NCBI GenBank assembly: GCA_003056165.1
Contig: LSNR01000014.1
Coordinates: 6,408-70,407, forward strand
Length of the DNA stretch: 64,000 bases
From: Parcubacteria group bacterium M6-OD1-3
GTDB lineage: Bacteria > Patescibacteriota > Minisyncoccia > Moranbacterales > UBA9337
Reading direction: 5' to 3'
The notes below the pieces were generated by a model. It made no database searches and was not told where the DNA came from. It worked only from the letters and a program-made list of their open reading frames with translations. Shown here in pieces: positions 58,311 to 64,000 of the stretch. The translations under genes were made by a program, and so were the position numbers. Every line of letters begins with the position of its first letter. Within the stretch, counting starts at the first letter, position 1.

Positions 58311-58775
58311 ATGGAAAAAGAAATGGTTATTAGTGATAAATCTGTTGAGAGTAGAATAAAACATTATGGAAAGCAACCGTCAGAGAAAATATTGACGCCT
58401 GAAAAGCAAAAAATTATGCAAGAAAACTTAATTAATGAGTTTAAGAAATTAGGAGAAAAAGATGATATTATGAAAATTGCAGAACAAGTCTTAAAGCCAA
58501 AGCCAATTTTAGAAGTTGAAGTTTTGGAAGATGAAGTTCTCCATATTATTTATGGAGAAGAAAAAGAAGGGGATGGAAAAGAAGATATAATAGTATCAAA
58601 AAATCAGGATGATAATTTCGTTGTAAAATCATTTTATTTTGATTACATTGCAAGATCAGATTATCCTAGTTTTTCTGAACTTTTGGAAAATCCTATTTCT
58701 AGAGAGGATGAACGAAATAGGACGGGAGGAAAACGAGGAAGTTTAGATTATCATGATAATAAAGATTATAAATAA
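58311..58775 (+). CDS. hypothetical acidic soluble protein
   Basis: ORF with no recognised motifs. Confidence 0.3.
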   Translation: MEKEMVISDKSVESRIKHYGKQPSEKILTPEKQKIMQENLINEFKKLGEKDDIMKIAEQVLKPKPILEVEVLEDEVLHIIYGEEKEGDGKEDIIVSKNQDDNFVVKSFYFDYIARSDYPSFSELLENPISREDERNRTGGKRGSLDYHDNKDYK

Positions 58776-58786
58776 AAATAAACAGT

Positions 58787-60283
58787 ATGAAGTTTGCAAA
58801 ATTGTTTTTTTTAGGTAGTTTTTTTTTAATTTTGTTTTTTCAGATTGAAATTGCTCAAGCATATATTTCAAGAGATGAAGCGAAAGATCTTTTAGGAACA
58901 CAATTTATTGAAGCATCAGATCAGAATGTTGATGCATATAGACAAAGTATCAATGTTGGGATGAGTAATGAACAAGCTGTAGATAATGTAAACCAAGCAA
59001 GTGCGCTAAGAAATAGCGATGGTTTGCCAACTTCTGATACTGTTTCTACTAATGAAGGAAGCTGGGCTTATAATGGTGATACTTTACTTTTTACGCCAAA
59101 TCAAAGCTATAGTCCATCAGTAAATGAATCTAAAAGAAACTTTGATTACACACAGCGAAGAGCAAAAGGAATTGAGGAGGTTGTAGATGAAGATAAACTT
59201 GGTGGTGAAGATTATAATGATGCTTTTTATGACTTTAAAAGTGAATTAAATAGATCAAATCTTGCAAATACAAATGTAGGTAATTTAATGTTGCAGGAAT
59301 ATAGAGAGACAGCAGATCCAGATGAATTTATGGGTCATGCAAAAAATAAAGCAGAAGCAGATGCAATGAATAATGCAGTAGCTTATGGATTATTTGACAA
59401 GGTGGAACAAACTGCAAAAGAAAACGATATTGATCTTAATGATATTGTTGGATATAGTACGCATTTACAAATTCCGGGTGGTTATGATGTAAAAATACAA
59501 ACTAAAGATGGAGAAATATATCCGCCACCACTAAATGATAATGGAGATAGCTCTGATAACTCTGCAAGTGGTGATGACGGTGGTGCTTCAAACGGAGGAA
59601 ATCAATCAGATGGTAGTGGAAATGGCACTTCTGTTGTTACTGGAGATACTGGTGGTCTCGTCCCTTGCGGACATGGGTCAGATCCCGCCAATCGTTGTAC
59701 TCTTTGTGATTTATTTGTGGGAGTTCAGAGAATTATCCAGTGGGGAAAGAATATTTTAGTAGCAGTAGCTTTAACAGCTATGGTTGTTGGTGGAATAATG
59801 TATATTGTTTCTGCTGGAAATCAACAAATGATGGAGTCGGCAAAAAATGTTATTAAACAAGCGTTAGTCGGGGTAATAATTGTATTGGGAGCATGGTTGA
59901 TTATTAATACGGTGATGTGGTTAATAGTCGTTAAAAATGATATGGGTGTTGGAGCAGGTGGAAGTTGGTACAATTTTAGTTGTGGAGGGGGTGGGACAGT
60001 AAATACCGATGTTTTAAATAACAGTGTCAACAATGCTTTTGATAATATGTTAAATGGTTCTATAAATAATACAAATAATACTTCAAGCGGGCAAAACTCT
60101 GGTCTTCCTAGCTCAGTTTCTACATCAACATCACAACCTGCATCAACTCAAAACACGCCTCCATCAAATACAAACCCATCAAGCACACCTCCATCAACTC
60201 AAGATAGTTGTCCAGTTGGCCAGCATAGTGTTAATATAATTGATATACAAGGAAATTTGACACCAACTTGTGTTTCTGATTAA
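58787..60283 (+). CDS. secreted protein whose C-terminal domain carries the pilin-like CxxC plus two-helix motif, with S/T/N/P-rich tails
   Basis: Signal peptide MKFAKLFFLGSFFLILFFQIEIAQA. C-terminus CGHGSDPANRCTLCDLF...VVGGIMYIVSAGNQQMMESAKNVIKQALVGVIIVLGAWLI matches the downstream paralogs. Confidence 0.5.
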   Translation: MKFAKLFFLGSFFLILFFQIEIAQAYISRDEAKDLLGTQFIEASDQNVDAYRQSINVGMSNEQAVDNVNQASALRNSDGLPTSDTVSTNEGSWAYNGDTLLFTPNQSYSPSVNESKRNFDYTQRRAKGIEEVVDEDKLGGEDYNDAFYDFKSELNRSNLANTNVGNLMLQEYRETADPDEFMGHAKNKAEADAMNNAVAYGLFDKVEQTAKENDIDLNDIVGYSTHLQIPGGYDVKIQTKDGEIYPPPLNDNGDSSDNSASGDDGGASNGGNQSDGSGNGTSVVTGDTGGLVPCGHGSDPANRCTLCDLFVGVQRIIQWGKNILVAVALTAMVVGGIMYIVSAGNQQMMESAKNVIKQALVGVIIVLGAWLIINTVMWLIVVKNDMGVGAGGSWYNFSCGGGGTVNTDVLNNSVNNAFDNMLNGSINNTNNTSSGQNSGLPSSVSTSTSQPASTQNTPPSNTNPSSTPPSTQDSCPVGQHSVNIIDIQGNLTPTCVSD

Positions 60284-60332
60284 ATAAAGGCTGGATAAAC
60301 TTAATAGGTTCTTATTTTTTAACTTATATTAT

Positions 60333-60605
60333 ATGAAAGTAATAGAAACAGCTTATGCACAAACAATTGCCAATGCACCGACATTTGCTAGTATTTTTGG
60401 TTCAACATTAAATTTTTTGTTGCGAGCATTTACAATTATTGCTATAATTGGGTTAGTGGTTTCCGGAATGATTTATTTAACTGCGGGAGGAAATGAAGAA
60501 AGAATTTCTTTGGCGAAAAAAGCGTTTATGTATTCAATAGTTGGTATTTTGGTAGTTTTGGGAGCTAATATAATTATAAAACAAATTGGTAATTTATTAT
60601 TTTAA
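60333..60605 (+). CDS. pilin-like two-helix membrane protein (T4SS/VirB2-type pilin-like family), paralog 1
   Basis: IIGLVVSGMIYLTAGGNEERISLAKKAFMYSIVGILVVLGANII. Confidence 0.5.
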   Translation: MKVIETAYAQTIANAPTFASIFGSTLNFLLRAFTIIAIIGLVVSGMIYLTAGGNEERISLAKKAFMYSIVGILVVLGANIIIKQIGNLLF

Positions 60606-60635
60606 ATTGTGAATAAAAAGGAAGGAGGTGGAAAT

Positions 60636-60983
60636 ATGAAAATGAAAAAAATATTATATTCAGTATTGTCGATGGGGCTGATTGCTCCGGTTTCAATTTT
60701 TGCTTATAATCCACCAGCGAATACAACTCTTCCAGCGGGTTCGGTAACGGGAATTATTGGTAATATTATGACTTGGATGTTGGGATTGGTTGGTTTTCTG
60801 GGCGTTATTGGTTTTGCAATTTCTGGAATATTGTACCTTACTGCGGCTGGTGATGAAGATAGAATTACTACAGCAAAGAGAGCAATGACTTGGTCAATTG
60901 TCGGAGTGATTGTGGCGCTTCTTGGTGTAGTAATTATTAAAGCAGCTAACTCTATGCTTGGTGGACAAAATAGTGATTTTTAA
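60636..60983 (+). CDS. pilin-like two-helix protein, paralog 2 (signal peptide)
   Basis: RBS AAGGAGGTGG upstream of the ATG at 60636. Motif VIGFAISGILYLTAAGDEDRITTAKRAMTWSIVGVIVALLG. Confidence 0.55.
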   Translation: MKMKKILYSVLSMGLIAPVSIFAYNPPANTTLPAGSVTGIIGNIMTWMLGLVGFLGVIGFAISGILYLTAAGDEDRITTAKRAMTWSIVGVIVALLGVVIIKAANSMLGGQNSDF

Positions 60984-61125
60984 GTTTTATTCTGGAAAGG
61001 AGAATATCTTTTTAAGGATATTATCTCCTTTCCAACCAAGTGTTATTAACTAATATAAACTTTAAAAACAAAAATATTTCGAAAAATTAACCTAATGAAA
61101 TAGTTTGTTGTATAAAATTAGAATA

Positions 61126-61488
61126 ATGAAAAATAAAAAATATTTGTACAGTTTTTTGGCAATTATTTTCTCAACATTGCCAACAGTTGCTTTAGCTCAA
61201 TGGAATATGTCTAATGTCGCTACTCAGTCTAATCTACCAACTGGTACAATTTATCAAATAATCACAAATATAATGTTGTGGTTATTAGGAATTGTTGGCG
61301 TGATTGGAGTAATTGGTTTTGTTATTGCTGGTATTCTATACTTAACGGCTGCTGGTGATGAAGGAAAAATGGAATTGGGCAAGAATGCAATGACTTGGTC
61401 AATCATTGGTGTAATTGTTGCATTAATGGGTTATGTAATTATTCAGGCCGTAAATAGTATGTTAGGTGGAACAAATACCATTTTTTAG
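61126..61488 (+). CDS. pilin-like two-helix protein, paralog 3 (signal peptide)
   Basis: VIGFVIAGILYLTAAGDEGKMELGKNAMTWSIIGVIVALMG. Start is either 61105 or 61126. Confidence 0.55.
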   Translation: MKNKKYLYSFLAIIFSTLPTVALAQWNMSNVATQSNLPTGTIYQIITNIMLWLLGIVGVIGVIGFVIAGILYLTAAGDEGKMELGKNAMTWSIIGVIVALMGYVIIQAVNSMLGGTNTIF

Positions 61489-61520
61489 GTTTGCTGTCTT
61501 GAATATAATAAATAAAAATT

Positions 61521-62162
61521 GTGAAAAAAATGCTTAATAAAAAAATAATTCTGGTAATTGTGATTAGTTTTGTTTTTACAATTGGTTTTAATTTTAATAC
61601 TTTGGCAGTTACTTGTCCGGATACTGTTAACTGGGATAATTCTACTGGAGTTTGTATTCCGATTAATACTGGACTTCCCCAAGGAGCAACAACTGACCCA
61701 ATAATTGCTGTAGCGGAAGCAGTAATGCTATGGTTATTGAGAATTGTTGGAATAATAGCGGTAATAGCTTTCGTTGTTTCTGGAATTCAATATTTAACTT
61801 CTGCTGGTAGCGAGAGTCAAATTGAAACTGCTAAACGAAATATGAAATGGTCAATTGTTGGTGTTATCGTAGCATTGATGGGATTAATAATTTTAAATTT
61901 TGTTGATGATATGCTAAATGGTAATCTTTCTGGAAGAGGAATAGGGAGTGGCGGAGGCGGGGGCGGGGGAAATTCTGTGACCACCCCTGGAACAAATCCG
62001 TCAGGGACATGGATAAATCCTGATACAGGTTTACCATACAATAATAATAATACTACATCTGCCAGTAGAGGAGAAAATATTGTTAATTCGGCGATTAATA
62101 ATAGTGCTACTACAGTGCCAAATTCACCAGTGAATAATACCGATTTACCAATAGTGAATTAA
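61521..62162 (+). CDS. pilin-like two-helix protein, paralog 4, with Cys pair and G/N/S/T-rich C-terminal tail
   Basis: VTCPDTVNWDNSTGVCIP...VIAFVVSGIQYLTSAGSESQIETAKRNMKWSIVGVIVALMG, then GSGGGGGGGN. Confidence 0.55.
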   Translation: MKKMLNKKIILVIVISFVFTIGFNFNTLAVTCPDTVNWDNSTGVCIPINTGLPQGATTDPIIAVAEAVMLWLLRIVGIIAVIAFVVSGIQYLTSAGSESQIETAKRNMKWSIVGVIVALMGLIILNFVDDMLNGNLSGRGIGSGGGGGGGNSVTTPGTNPSGTWINPDTGLPYNNNNTTSASRGENIVNSAINNSATTVPNSPVNNTDLPIVN

Positions 62163-62190
62163 GAATTGTAAAAAATTTTTTTATAAAAAT

Positions 62191-62823
62191 ATGACAAAAA
62201 AATTTAAAATTATATTAATAGGAGGAATATTTAGTTTTTTAATGCTAATGAATTTTGTTCCGAATAATATTGTTTCAGCACAGTGTCCTTCTGGGGTTGG
62301 TGGTGGAGGTGATATATGTTTTAATAATCCATTGGGTTATAATACAGTGGATGCACTTTTACCAGCACTACTTAATAGACTACAAGGTGTAATTGTAGTA
62401 TTGGCGTTAGTATTTATTGTTATTGGAGCCTTGTTATACATAACTTCTGCTGGAAATGAGAGTAGGATGACTATGGCAAAAAGTGCTATTGTCGCATCGG
62501 TGATTGGTTTAGCAGTTGGAATTGCCGCACCGTCATTCTTGCGAGAAATATATGGTGCGTTAGGAGCTAATATTCCTGGTGAAGTGGCTCAATCTTTGAC
62601 AATTTCACAAATAGCTTTAAATGTCCTTAATTTTTTGCTGGGAATAGTTGGGACAATTTCAATTATTATGTTGGTGGTGGCGGGAATTATGTATTTAACT
62701 TCTGCTGGTAGCGAAAGTCAAATTGAAACTGCTAAAGCAATGACTAAATGGTCTATTGTAGGAATTATTATTGCTTTGGCGGCAATTATTATTGTTAGGC
62801 AAGTTGCTGGATTATTAACATAA
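62191..62823 (+). CDS. pilin-like protein, paralog 5, with Cys pair and two tandem copies of the two-helix domain
   Basis: AQCPSGVGGGGDIC...LLYITSAGNESRMTMAKSAIVASVIG, then a second copy MYLTSAGSESQIETAKAMTKWSIVGIIIAL. Confidence 0.55.
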   Translation: MTKKFKIILIGGIFSFLMLMNFVPNNIVSAQCPSGVGGGGDICFNNPLGYNTVDALLPALLNRLQGVIVVLALVFIVIGALLYITSAGNESRMTMAKSAIVASVIGLAVGIAAPSFLREIYGALGANIPGEVAQSLTISQIALNVLNFLLGIVGTISIIMLVVAGIMYLTSAGSESQIETAKAMTKWSIVGIIIALAAIIIVRQVAGLLT

Positions 62824-62906
62824 TCTGACATTGTTATTTAATAAATTACTTAACATTCTAAAATTGAAATTCTTTTATACTTAGAAATTTTTTTAAAAAA
62901 GTATTT

Positions 62907-62944
62907 AAAAACAGGTGGCTTGACAAGGCAAGCACACCTGTTTT
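62907..62944 (+). terminator. rho-independent terminator (aaaacaggtg...cacctgtttt, with nested gcttg/caagc)
   Basis: 10-bp stem plus a T-run after the pilin array. Also lies just 3' of the convergent minus-strand gene. Confidence 0.65.
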
Positions 62945-62946
62945 GT

Positions 62947-64000
62947 TTACTCATTCAATATCCTCCTTCTCTCAATTTTTATTGAGAGATTTTTGTTTTT
63001 GAGCTTAAAGCCAAGCTCCGGTGTATGATATTCGCCAAGCTCGCGATTAATGTTGAGCTCGGCAAATATCTTTTCTGCCGTTTTTACTCGGCAGAAAATG
63101 TTAGCGTTTTTTGTCGGAAAGACATTTGCCTTCCCTATTCGGAGCACAAGTGCTCCATAGGGTAGATTAAATGGTTTACGGACATTCTGTCCAGCGACAG
63201 AATTATCGCCTTGCCATCCGATTGTTTCCCAGGGGAGGTGCCAGAATAATTTCTGATACTCTCCGGAAAATGTTATCCGATATTCCCATCCTGGGAGGAG
63301 AATATACGGAATCCAAATTTCTCCGGTTCCCGCCTTCTCTCCATTTTCTCCTGGAACGAGATTCAGTGTTCGTTCTGAAAGCGGAACGGGGAATGTTTCA
63401 ACATCTCCCCATTTCCCGAATTTTTTCTCCACCGCCTTTTTCGGTTTGGGCGGAGGAGGGGACTCCTTCTCTCGCAGGAGTTCCACTCTGATTTCCGCCA
63501 AAGTTTTCTGAGAGCCGTTTTGAGAACTCTCCAAAAATCTGGCGTAATCTTTCGGACAAGGAGTGTTAGGATGTTCCAATACCCAAATTCTAACTTCCTC
63601 CAAATCGCTTTTGATTTGCGTCACTCTTTGTTGCTGACGCAACTTGGAGATGGCGTTGATTGAATCGGCAAGTTCATTCGGCAAAACTCTATTTAAAAGT
63701 CCGCTGAGATGAAGTTGGGTATCAATCTGCGGAAAGGTAGCGCTTAGCACAGTTGCAATTACGAAAAGCAACATTGTGATGCTGACTACTCGCAGAATTG
63801 TTCGCCCAAGTGTGCCGAATAAAATCCCAACGAGAATAAACAATGTTGGCCAAGCGATTGCCAGCCACCATTCTCGTTGGAGTGGTAGATGTGGAACAAG
63901 CAGACAAAAGCCAGCTATAAAAATGAAAAGCTGGACTGCTATGTCCCAATATAAAGCGATAAGTTTGTTGGCAGTTATTCCTTCTTCAGTCGGAATAACG
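62947..64000 (-). CDS. polytopic membrane protein with GC-rich C-terminal soluble domain; the ORF continues past the window edge (the track's TTG start at 63843 is internal)
   Basis: The same reading frame stays open from 63843 to 64000 (…VIPTEEGITANKLIALYWDIAVQLFIFIAGFCLLVPHLPLQREWWLAIAWPTL-FILVGILFG…). Several TM helices. The C-terminal 200 aa are about 47% GC against a 30% background. Confidence 0.5.
   Translation of the reverse strand, partial: VIPTEEGITANKLIALYWDIAVQLFIFIAGFCLLVPHLPLQREWWLAIAWPTLFILVGILFGTLGRTILRVVSITMLLFVIATVLSATFPQIDTQLHLSGLLNRVLPNELADSINAISKLRQQQRVTQIKSDLEEVRIWVLEHPNTPCPKDYARFLESSQNGSQKTLAEIRVELLREKESPPPPKPKKAVEKKFGKWGDVETFPVPLSERTLNLVPGENGEKAGTGEIWIPYILLPGWEYRITFSGEYQKLFWHLPWETIGWQGDNSVAGQNVRKPFNLPYGALVLRIGKANVFPTKNANIFCRVKTAEKIFAELNINRELGEYHTPELGFKLKNKNLSIKIERRRILNE

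Noticed and set aside
63722-63949. 75-aa minus-strand ORF
   Set aside because: It is an alternative frame inside the longer membrane-protein ORF that continues to the window edge in the frame of 62947..63843.
1-64000. CRISPR array or cas genes
   Set aside because: No regularly spaced short direct repeats were seen. The only tandem repeats are coding (6400..6840) or tRNA-associated.
1-64000. Alternative genetic code (UGA as Gly, as in some CPR lineages)
   Set aside because: Long conserved proteins (DnaK, Dxs, PBP2, SMC, RNase J) translate uninterrupted with standard stops, mostly TAA.

Overview
The window is 64 kb of AT-rich (about 30% GC by eye), densely coding bacterial chromosome. Its style looks like a Patescibacteria/CPR-type genome: short genes, K/E-rich protein tails, and standard stop codons (TAA-dominated; no sign of UGA recoding). 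Everything below is read from the sequence and the supplied ORF track; no searches were run, and product names rest on recognised motifs.

Housekeeping core, in order:
- rpmE, rpsB, tsf and a PSP1/RicT-like gene.
- A tRNA block (Thr, Tyr, Thr, Trp) with rpmG embedded in it.
- An hrcA, grpE, dnaK heat-shock operon with a CIRCE operator.
- mreB, mreC, mreD and PBP2 (mrdA).
- A polyprenyl synthase, dxs, rnhB, rpmF, nusB and rnc.
- A short SMC-like gene, rplS, a second tRNA block (Leu, Val, Met/Ile2, Ile, Gly) and secG.
- An ABC substrate-binding protein, PGI/PMI, RNase J, a methyltransferase and a second solute-binding lipoprotein.

Accessory and unusual content:
1. At the 5' end, a glycan-modification cluster: an APS kinase fragment, a PAPS-type sulfotransferase, a GT4 glycosyltransferase, a GT4-GT2 fusion and two secreted repeat proteins.
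2. A bEBP-like AAA+ regulator without a receiver domain and with a GAFTDA variant motif.
3. A frameshifted IS481-like transposase sitting where secE-nusG would normally follow rpmG and tRNA-Trp.
4. A CxxCxxCC protein, a VanX-like M15 peptidase and ddl arranged like a van locus.
5. A NUDIX-GrpE fusion inside the heat-shock operon.
6. A decayed Bro-N-like pseudogene beside a stand-alone SpoT-type HD hydrolase.
7. Partial 5' tRNA copies and a conserved roughly 85-bp element in front of tRNA genes.
8. Five unknown proteins (one with an HExxH motif) immediately upstream of a tandem array of six paralogous two-helix pilin-like proteins that resemble T4SS/VirB2-type pilins. This is the strongest candidate for an undescribed system.
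9. A GC-rich (about 47%) 3' end of a membrane protein gene at the right edge of the window.
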